DNA from: a virus
Virus genome (UHGV): UHGV-1619099
Length of the DNA: 12,455 nucleotides
Reading direction: 5' to 3' (one strand)
Position numbers and translations under genes: made by a program. Below the pieces are notes generated by a model. The model worked only from the letters and a program-made list of their open reading frames with translations. It ran no database searches and had not been told where the DNA came from. Every line of letters begins with the position of its first letter. The first letter of the stretch is position 1. Positions 6,441 through 12,455 of the stretch are shown here, in pieces.

Positions 6441-6480
6441 GGTGCGCTCTGATGGTCAGACGCATACGAAAGGGGATTCT

Positions 6481-7026
6481 ATGAAGCTGAAACTTAAGCG
6501 GCCATCGCCAGAGGTGGTGCAAGCTGCACATGAAGAAGCTGTTAGCGCAAATCGTCGCCGTAAACGACCGCGCGGTAAACAGAGCCTTTATCAATCATCC
6601 CGTAATTCCGCCGCGCTGTGGGACCCGGACTATTGCGACGCGTTAATCGAGTTCTTCGACCGCACGTCGTGGGAACTTGTGCCTACGTCCAAGGGTGATG
6701 AACGCCCGTTGATTCAGGATAAACCACCGTCACTGGCCCGATTCGCCTTACACATAGGCGTCACTATCCCGATTATTAAGCTGTGGCTGCGTGAGATTCC
6801 CGCATTTGCGGAAGCCTATGAAACAGCACAGGCACTGGAAGAGGCGTATTTCACCGAGACAGGGGCCGCCGGCATCTCTGCTACGTTTGCTGCCGCTAAG
6901 CTGGGCCTTAGTAAAGAGAAACCTGTTGAATCGACAGAAGAAACCGCCCCGACGGAGATTGTTTTCAGTGTCGCGGAGCCTGTAGGTAAAATCGTAACAA
7001 CGAATATGGGTGAGGTAGAGGAATGA
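6481..7026 (+). CDS. terS: terminase small subunit (putative)
   Basis: 181 aa, basic N-terminal region, directly upstream of and overlapping the terminase large subunit (ATGA); ATG 6481 with aaagggga SD; call rests on synteny and size. Confidence 0.5.
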   Translation: MKLKLKRPSPEVVQAAHEEAVSANRRRKRPRGKQSLYQSSRNSAALWDPDYCDALIEFFDRTSWELVPTSKGDERPLIQDKPPSLARFALHIGVTIPIIKLWLREIPAFAEAYETAQALEEAYFTETGAAGISATFAAAKLGLSKEKPVESTEETAPTEIVFSVAEPVGKIVTTNMGEVEE

Positions 7027-8273
7027 GTATTCAGCTATCGGCCCCTCAGGCACTGTTCCTGAATTGTGACAATAAATACAAGGCATACGTCGGCGGCTTC
7101 GGTAGTGGCAAGACATTTGTTGGCTGCCTTGACCTGCTTACGTTTATGCTCAAGCACCCTGGTACGCGCCTTGGCTACTTCGGCCCGACCTACCCGGCTA
7201 TCCGTGACATCTTCTACCCGACATTCGAGGAAGCGGCTAACCTGCTCGGCCTTGATGTGCTGGTTAAATCCGGCGACAAAGAAGTCGTGGTTACTCGCGG
7301 TAAGACGGTGCTAGGAACGGTTATCTGCCGTTCGATGGATAACCCTGGCTCTATCGTAGGTTTCAAAATCGCTGCTGCGGTCGTGGATGAGCTGGATGTA
7401 CTGAGCCGCGAGAAAGCCGAGCTGGCGTGGAACAAAATAGTAGCCCGTATGCGTCTGGTTATCCCCGGTGTAATTAACCACATCTCTGTCACCACGACGC
7501 CGGAAGGGTTCAAGTTCGTCTATGCCAAGTTCAAAGAGAATCCAACACCGAGTTACTCGATGGTGCAGGCTTCCACACACGAGAATGCGCGATTCCTGCC
7601 ACCGGATTACATCAGTTCGCTGACCGAGACTTACCCGGCGCAACTGATTAACGCGTATCTGAACGGTGAGTTCGTCAACCTGACATCCGGCAGCGTGTAT
7701 TACGCCTATGACCGTCGCAAGCACCGCAGTAAAGAGACAATTCAGCCGGGCGATACACTGTACATCGGGCAGGACTTCAACGTTACAAAGAACGCCAGCG
7801 CTGTGTATGTGCAACGTAAAGACGGCTGGCACGCGGTGGCGGAACTGAAGGGCCTGTTTGACACGCCGGACACCGTGCGTGTTATTACTGAGAAGTGGAA
7901 GTCGCAAGGCCACCGCATCGTCGTTTACCCGGACGCCAGCGGCAAGAACCGCAAAACCAACTCGGCGTCAATCTCCGATATCGCGTTACTACAGCAGGCA
8001 GGGTTTGATGTTCGCGCTAAATCCGCCAACCCCCCTGTTAAAGACCGTGTTTTAGCGGTGAATACCGCGCTGGAAAAAGGTAAGCTGTGGGTTAACGACC
8101 ACTTATGCCCTGAGATAGCGAAGACGCTGGAGCAGCAGGCATACGACGATAACGGGGAGCCAGCTAAAGATGGCGTCATTGACCATATGGCGGATGCTCT
8201 CGGCTATCCTGTAGTTTACGAGATGCCGGTGGTTAAACCCGTAATCAACATCCCGGTGACTTTCGCACTTTAA
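7023..8273 (+). CDS. terL: terminase large subunit
   Basis: 416 aa; N-terminal Walker A P-loop VGGFGSGKT; sits between terS-like gene and portal. Confidence 0.8.
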   Translation: MSIQLSAPQALFLNCDNKYKAYVGGFGSGKTFVGCLDLLTFMLKHPGTRLGYFGPTYPAIRDIFYPTFEEAANLLGLDVLVKSGDKEVVVTRGKTVLGTVICRSMDNPGSIVGFKIAAAVVDELDVLSREKAELAWNKIVARMRLVIPGVINHISVTTTPEGFKFVYAKFKENPTPSYSMVQASTHENARFLPPDYISSLTETYPAQLINAYLNGEFVNLTSGSVYYAYDRRKHRSKETIQPGDTLYIGQDFNVTKNASAVYVQRKDGWHAVAELKGLFDTPDTVRVITEKWKSQGHRIVVYPDASGKNRKTNSASISDIALLQQAGFDVRAKSANPPVKDRVLAVNTALEKGKLWVNDHLCPEIAKTLEQQAYDDNGEPAKDGVIDHMADALGYPVVYEMPVVKPVINIPVTFAL

Positions 8274-8285
8274 GAGGATTATTCA

Positions 8286-9767
8286 ATGTTAACAATGAAC
8301 GGTCAGAATCAGGGTGTTAAGACAAAACACCGGGAATGGCTGCATCACTTCAATAAATGGCAGAAGGTACGCCACGCGCTGGAAGGTGACCTTATTCGCT
8401 ATCTGCGCAACGTCGGGAAGAACGAACCCGACCCGGCCTACGCGGCGCAGCGCCAGGAAGAATACGAGAATGGTGCTATCTGCTACAACTTCACTAAACG
8501 TACCCTGGCGGGGATGGTGGGGTCGGTGATGCGCAAAGACCCTGAACAGATTATTCCGCCTGAACTGGAGTACCTGTTACGTAACGCCGATGGTTCTGGT
8601 GTCGGGCTGTGGCAGCACGCGCAGGATACGCTAATGGAGATTGACTCGGTTGGTCGTGGCGGGTTGCTGGTGGACGCCCCGGAGACAGCCGCGGCAACGG
8701 CGGCAGAACAGAACGCGGGATTACTAAACCCGGTCATCGCTTTCTATACCGCAGAGAACATCATCAACTGGCGACTAACTCGCGTTGGTTCAGTTAACCG
8801 CGTGACAATGGTCGTGTTGCGCGAAGTATGGGAATACTCAGAACCGGGTGCAGAGTTCGAAACAAAGTTCGGTGAGCAGTATCGCGTTCTCGATTTGATT
8901 GACGGGCGCTACCGCCAGCGCATTTACCGCTTCGATGCCGGAGGTGGTGCTCAGGGTGAAGTAATCGAAATATTCCCGGAACTTGGCGAACAGTTGCGCG
9001 GCAAAATCCCCTTCACGTTCATTGGGGCGAGCAACAACGACGCAACCATCGACGATGCGCCTTTGCTACCGTTGGCTGAGCTCAATATCGGACATTTCCG
9101 CAACAGCGCGGACAATGAGGAGTCCAGCTTCGTTGTAGGCCAGCCCACTCTGTTCATTGCCCCGGGCGAGAACATGAGCATGGAACAGTGGAAAGAAGCT
9201 AACCCACACGGCGTGCGCATGGGGTCGCGTTCAGGTCATAACATCGGTTACGGCGGCAATGCGTTTCTGGTTCAGGCCGGCGAGAACAACCTCGCCAAGC
9301 AGAACATGCTGGATAAAGAGAATCAGGCCATCCAGATTGGTGCGCAGCTTATTACCCCGACGCAGCAAATCACCGCTGAATCTGCCCGACTGCAACGCGG
9401 CGCTGACACCTCAGTTATGGCGACAATCGCACGTAACGTAAGTATGGCGTATACAGATGCGTTGCGCTGGGTAGCTGCGATGCTAGGGTTGCGCGAAGAC
9501 ACAGAGATTGAGTTCAAGCTGAATATGGAGTTCTTCCTGCAACCTATGACAGCTCAGGACCGCGCTCAGTGGATGGCGGATATTAACGCAGGCCTGTTAC
9601 CGGCTACGGCCTACTATGCTGCGTTGCGCAAGGCCGGGGTAACTGACTGGACAGACGAGGATATCCAGAACGCTATCGAAGACGCACCTCTGCCGTTGGG
9701 TGCTGTTGCTCAGGTGGCGGGAGAGATTCCGCAGTCGGCGCAACAACAGGACACCACTCAGCCGTAA
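8286..9767 (+). CDS. portal protein
   Basis: 493 aa immediately downstream of terL with aagagga SD; size and position typical of portal proteins; acidic C-terminal tail. Confidence 0.7.
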   Translation: MLTMNGQNQGVKTKHREWLHHFNKWQKVRHALEGDLIRYLRNVGKNEPDPAYAAQRQEEYENGAICYNFTKRTLAGMVGSVMRKDPEQIIPPELEYLLRNADGSGVGLWQHAQDTLMEIDSVGRGGLLVDAPETAAATAAEQNAGLLNPVIAFYTAENIINWRLTRVGSVNRVTMVVLREVWEYSEPGAEFETKFGEQYRVLDLIDGRYRQRIYRFDAGGGAQGEVIEIFPELGEQLRGKIPFTFIGASNNDATIDDAPLLPLAELNIGHFRNSADNEESSFVVGQPTLFIAPGENMSMEQWKEANPHGVRMGSRSGHNIGYGGNAFLVQAGENNLAKQNMLDKENQAIQIGAQLITPTQQITAESARLQRGADTSVMATIARNVSMAYTDALRWVAAMLGLREDTEIEFKLNMEFFLQPMTAQDRAQWMADINAGLLPATAYYAALRKAGVTDWTDEDIQNAIEDAPLPLGAVAQVAGEIPQSAQQQDTTQP

Positions 9768-9777
9768 GTTCACATAT

Positions 9778-9800
9778 AGCCCCGAAAGGGGCTTTCTTAT
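9778..9800 (+). terminator. hairpin agcccc-gaaa-ggggct followed by ttcttat (weak terminator or attenuator between portal and head-morphogenesis genes)
   Basis: 6-bp GC stem with GAAA tetraloop read directly. Confidence 0.4.
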
Positions 9801-9803
9801 AGT

Positions 9804-11696
9804 ATGCTATTAACTTTAGCACCACAGGGTTTAACTATGAGCTTACTTACATCACTCATCAGCCATCAGATATGGCTGCAACGCACCGCATCCGGTGAGG
9901 TGAAAGACCTCGCACCGTTCATTAAGGAGATGCGGGATGAAATAAAACGGCAGGTGCTGTTATTCGGTGATGACGGGCGGAGCACTGCGCGACTGAATAA
10001 ACTGTTACTCGACCTTGAAGAAGCGCTAACCGGACTTACCGGCGATTGGCAAACAAAGCTGACAGAAGACCTTAAGGAACTGGCGGCATACGAGGCTGAG
10101 TGGAACGTAAAGACACTAACCGCCAACGTTAACGCGGAATTTGTTACGCCTACCGCCGAACAGGTGTGGGCCGCCGCCGATTTTCAGCCATTATCGTTAA
10201 ACGACAAGCCTGTTGACTTCACTAAATTGATGTCTGGTTGGGGTGAAACCGAAGTCGCCCGCCTCGTAACTGGAGTTAAGATGGGCTTTGTACAAGGTCA
10301 AACCACACGGCAGATTGTTAAGAATGTCGTAGGCTCTGGTGGGCTGGCCGACATCTCAGAACGTAACGCGGCTACAGTAATCCGCACCGCGCTGTCTCAT
10401 GTATCCAACGAAGCCCGTAACGAGACGTACCGCCAGAACGACGACATCATCGAGAAATACGAGTGGGTATCAACGCTGGACAGCCGTACCAGTACGATTT
10501 GCAGAGCCAGAGACAGGATGACGTGGGAAATCGGTAAAGGGCCGATGCCTCCGGCCCATCATAATTGCTTACTTGGGGATACTGTAGTATCTACCGGTAG
10601 TCCGGTTTCTAACATTTTTAAACGGGCGTACAAAGGCACTATAGTCTATGTCTCTACAAGGTCCGGTCGCACCTTGTCTATCACCCCAAACCACCAGGTA
10701 TTGACTACCAATGGTTGGGTTGCTTCCGGCCTTCTCAATGTAGGCGACAAGCTCGTGTGCGCTAAGGACTCTGCGCTCTCTCTCAAGCATAAGGAACACA
10801 ACGTTGTAGCCAAGTTCTCCGATTTGTTTAGTGCGGCTAATGTAGCGGTCAATCCTGCGGCGGTCCGTACAAGCCCAACCACCACCGAAGACTTCCACGG
10901 CGACGGAACCGACGGCGAAGTCGAGATTGTACTTGTCAACCGCCTTTCCTGGGATAAAGTCAAGTCCGGACTGAATAAGCAAATCATTGACAAGGAACTC
11001 CCAGTGGCTTCCCGCATTTATGACTCCCTCTCTGGCTTTGGCTCTGCGAAGCAGTTCAGCATGGTCGGCCTTTCTCCCTCGGACAGCTTCATGCGCCGCG
11101 GCGGAGAGAGCGAGGCGCTCCTCGGGAGTAGCTTTAGCCATTCTGATAAACATAGCGTCGCTGACACCGCGAATACTAACGCCGTTCTCTCTGAGAACGC
11201 GTATGACTGGGTTACACGAAACGCCGATAATCTTTCCGATTTCAACTGGTCCGATGCCGTCGGTATAGAGCTTGATGATGTTGTCGATTTGGTCTTTAGT
11301 GAAGCTGATTTTTGCGGGCATGTTTATAACCTCGAAAATGAACAGAACTGGTATCTCGCAAATGGAATTATAGCACATAATTGTCGCTCAACAACCGCGC
11401 CAGTAATCAGTTCTGAGTTCGACTTCCTCGATAAAGGCGCAAAACGCGCGGCTAAGGGTGCGGACGGTGGTATGCAGGTAAGTGCAGACACCACCTATTA
11501 TGAGTTCCTCAAACAACAACCTGCGTGGTTTCAGGACCAGGCGCTCGGCCCTGTTCGCGGTAAGATTTTCCGTAACAGCGGTATATCACCGGAAGAGTTT
11601 CGCGTAATATCTGTAGATGGTTTCGGGAATCCGCTCACGCTTAAGCAGATGGCGGAACTCGATAAACGTGTTGCTGATTATCTGAAAGGGGATTAA
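9804..11696 (+). CDS. head morphogenesis protein (MuF / SPP1 gp7-like) interrupted in-frame by an intein; start codon uncertain (9804 or 9837)
   Basis: 630-aa continuous ORF after the portal; without the insert the extein is about 358 aa and carries PPAHHN|CRS at the junction, resembling the conserved H-x-N-C motif of MuF-like proteins (from memory). Confidence 0.65.
   Translation: MLLTLAPQGLTMSLLTSLISHQIWLQRTASGEVKDLAPFIKEMRDEIKRQVLLFGDDGRSTARLNKLLLDLEEALTGLTGDWQTKLTEDLKELAAYEAEWNVKTLTANVNAEFVTPTAEQVWAAADFQPLSLNDKPVDFTKLMSGWGETEVARLVTGVKMGFVQGQTTRQIVKNVVGSGGLADISERNAATVIRTALSHVSNEARNETYRQNDDIIEKYEWVSTLDSRTSTICRARDRMTWEIGKGPMPPAHHNCLLGDTVVSTGSPVSNIFKRAYKGTIVYVSTRSGRTLSITPNHQVLTTNGWVASGLLNVGDKLVCAKDSALSLKHKEHNVVAKFSDLFSAANVAVNPAAVRTSPTTTEDFHGDGTDGEVEIVLVNRLSWDKVKSGLNKQIIDKELPVASRIYDSLSGFGSAKQFSMVGLSPSDSFMRRGGESEALLGSSFSHSDKHSVADTANTNAVLSENAYDWVTRNADNLSDFNWSDAVGIELDDVVDLVFSEADFCGHVYNLENEQNWYLANGIIAHNCRSTTAPVISSEFDFLDKGAKRAAKGADGGMQVSADTTYYEFLKQQPAWFQDQALGPVRGKIFRNSGISPEEFRVISVDGFGNPLTLKQMAELDKRVADYLKGD
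10566..11381 (+). mobile_element. intein (Hint domain, class 1: Cys1 ... His-Asn / Cys+1), 272 codons
   Basis: Block A CLLGDTVV at 10566; block B ITPNHQVLT...GWVASGLLNVGDKL; blocks F/G VYNLENEQNWYLANGIIAHN ending 11381; +1 Cys codon tgt 11382-11384; the ~170-aa linker between blocks B and F has no LAGLIDADG or HNH motif in this frame. Confidence 0.8.
10569..11321 (-). CDS. putative homing endonuclease encoded antisense within the intein: N-terminal HTH + Vsr/DUF559-like (PD-(D/E)xK-related) nuclease domain, about 250 aa
   Basis: Minus-strand ORF 10569..11378 from the ORF track; likely start is the ATG at 11321 (GAGG SD 8 nt upstream); HTH-like IIKLYTDGIGPVEIGKIIGVSCNPVIRVLRENGV; nuclease core LDFAVGSVAVEVFGGGW ... 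DRRRIDRYISRTKQIGELGYNVVFLMLE resembles the Vsr/DUF559 pattern. Confidence 0.7.
   Translation of the reverse strand: MPAKISFTKDQIDNIIKLYTDGIGPVEIGKIIGVSCNPVIRVLRENGVSIRGVSDAMFIRMAKATPEERLALSAAAHEAVRGRKADHAELLRRAKAREGVINAGSHWEFLVNDLLIQSGLDFIPGKAVDKYNLDFAVGSVAVEVFGGGWACTDRRRIDRYISRTKQIGELGYNVVFLMLERERRVLSAHELVAYIEKAGSNPTIGSQYLVVWGDRQGATGPCRDIDYSAFVRPFKNVRNRTTGRYYSIPK
11367..11395 (-). promoter_or_regulatory. extended -10 promoter (TGcTATAAT) on the minus strand driving the antisense endonuclease gene
   Basis: Reverse complement of 11367-11375 is tgctataat; weak -35 ttgttg 16 bp upstream; overlaps the intein C-terminal splice-junction codons. Confidence 0.4.
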
Positions 11697-12157
11697 TGAT
11701 GGGCTTTTTCAAAGTAACTGATGTGCCGTCGCGTCGCGTAGTCCAGTACGCTCGTGTGTCTGGCTCCGGCGAGAACGTAACCTACGTTGAAGATGAAAGT
11801 GTACTAGGTACACCTGTAGACGAGATGCCGTACGCGGATAAAACCGGTATCGCACTCTCCGCGGCAGGTATGCTTTATGAAATTCCGTATCTGGCCGATG
11901 CTGGCGATGTGTATTTCTCCGTACAACCGCAAGGCACCGAACTGGTGGACGGCAGCGCAATTATCACTGTTGAAGTTAAGGCGGGTAAAGCCCCGTACGC
12001 GCTGACCTGGTACAAAGACGGTAAGGAAGTTGTAAACGCCCCGGAAGAGGCCTCGTCACTGACGGTTAATGCGGTCGGTGAATACTTCGTTAAAGTTACT
12101 GATGCCGATGGGGTAGAGGCGGTGAGCAAGGCGGCGAAGGTCACTAAACCAGAATGA
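11696..12157 (+). CDS. Ig-like domain protein (possible head decoration or accessory protein), 153 aa
   Basis: ATG 11696 overlaps upstream stop (TAATG), aggggat SD; C-terminal half (YALTWYKDGKEVV...GEYFVKVTDADG) looks like an Ig-like beta-sandwich repeat. Confidence 0.55.
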   Translation: MMGFFKVTDVPSRRVVQYARVSGSGENVTYVEDESVLGTPVDEMPYADKTGIALSAAGMLYEIPYLADAGDVYFSVQPQGTELVDGSAIITVEVKAGKAPYALTWYKDGKEVVNAPEEASSLTVNAVGEYFVKVTDADGVEAVSKAAKVTKPE

Positions 12158-12160
12158 TAA

Positions 12161-12180
12161 AAGGCCCCTTACGGGGCCTT
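12161..12180. terminator. bidirectional terminator hairpin between convergent genes
   Basis: Perfect 8-bp stem aaggcccc / ggggcctt with loop ttac; on the minus strand it is followed by a U-rich tract (ttttatcatt). Confidence 0.6.
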
Positions 12181-12184
12181 AGTT

Positions 12185-12409
12185 TCAATACCCAGTCTCT
12201 TGGGTTAAGTTAATCTCTTTATTCCAGACGTTTTGGTTATACTTTTCACGAATCTGGCGCATACTTCTACCGAGCGCGGCGGATAGAGACATATCCCCGT
12301 CTTCTTGCGCGTCCAGTTGCATCTGCTGAAGCTCAATATACGCCGAAATATCGCCGCGTAATTCAGCCTGTTCATACTCTTTTTTAAGAAAGGAACCAAG
12401 GTCCTGTAC
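12185..12409 (-). CDS. 3' end of a minus-strand gene (hypothetical), truncated by the window end and adapter
   Basis: ORF 12185..12445 reads ...VQDLGSFLKKEYEQAELRGDISAYIELQQMQLDAQEDGDMSLSAALGRSMRQIREKYNQNVWNKEINLTQETGY; the apparent N-terminus MSRGLGDVYKRQ is translated adapter. Confidence 0.45.
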   Translation of the reverse strand, partial: VQDLGSFLKKEYEQAELRGDISAYIELQQMQLDAQEDGDMSLSAALGRSMRQIREKYNQNVWNKEINLTQETGY

Positions 12410-12455
12410 CTGTCTCTTATACACATCTCCGAGCCCACGAGACACTGAGCGATCT
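12410..12455. other. Nextera adapter read-through (library artefact): mosaic end + read-2 adapter + 8-nt index position + start of flow-cell sequence
   Basis: ctgtctcttatacacatct (12410-12428) + ccgagcccacgagac (12429-12443) + actgagcg (12444-12451) + atct. Confidence 0.9.

Noticed and set aside
6748-7116. 122-aa minus-strand ORF and 64-aa + ORF (6791..6985) overlapping the terS-like gene
   Set aside because: Overlap a well-positioned + strand gene; translations are Arg/Cys-rich with no protein-like pattern; no ribosome-binding site.
7311-7913. 200-aa minus-strand ORF (and neighbours 7214..7513 -, 7066..7314 +, 7858..8055 +, 7925..8179 -) inside the terminase large subunit gene
   Set aside because: Alternative-frame shadow ORFs in a gene with a clear function (Walker A motif in the + frame); Arg/Ser/Leu-rich low-complexity translations, no start context; unlike the intein antisense ORF they show no domain-like sequence.
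10646-11268. Other ORFs inside the intein interval (10646..11017 -, 11018..11245 -, 10987..11268 +)
   Set aside because: These are the remaining frames of a doubly coding region; only the sense intein frame and the 10569..11378 antisense frame show recognisable protein motifs.
10800-11280. Search for an in-frame LAGLIDADG or HNH endonuclease domain in the sense frame of the intein
   Set aside because: None found by eye; the sense-frame linker is low-complexity (S/A/D-rich). This supports the antisense-endonuclease interpretation rather than a conventional in-frame intein endonuclease.
12185-12445. N-terminal parts of the two terminal minus-strand ORFs (MSRGLGDVYKRQ..., MGSEMCIRDRY...)
   Set aside because: These residues are translations of Nextera adapter sequence (12410-12455), not phage protein; only the portion left of 12410 is biological.
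1-12455. tRNA genes, rRNA genes, CRISPR arrays, integrase/attachment sites
   Set aside because: No cloverleaf-compatible sequence with a GTTCRANYC T-loop context was found; the only direct repeat is the 3 x 12-bp array at 765-800 (too short and lacking spacers for CRISPR); no tyrosine or serine recombinase-like ORF is present.

Overview
This 12.4 kb window reads as a fragment of a tailed dsDNA phage genome (enterobacterial-like codon usage and sigma70-like signals), almost entirely coded on the + strand in tightly packed, often overlapping genes. Left to right: small hypothetical genes (184-2863), a lysis cassette (TTG-start 3-TM holin 2939-3247, 2-TM membrane protein 3240-3512, GH24 T4-type endolysin 3490-3975), a terminator/promoter gap, a run of translationally coupled small genes (4327-6304), then a packaging/head module behind a terminator (terS-like 6481-7026, terL 7023-8273, portal 8286-9767, MuF/SPP1-gp7-like head morphogenesis 9804-11696, Ig-like protein 11696-12157). 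The standout is inside the head-morphogenesis gene: an in-frame 272-codon canonical intein (10566-11381) with no endonuclease in its own frame, while the opposite strand across the same interval encodes a ~250 aa HTH + Vsr/DUF559-like nuclease with its own extended -10 promoter, Shine-Dalgarno and downstream hairpin. I interpret this as an intein whose homing endonuclease is encoded antisense, a dual-coding arrangement I do not recall being described. Both window ends are Nextera/Tn5 adapter sequence, so the terminal ORFs are partly artefactual. All calls are by eye from the sequence; no searches were run.
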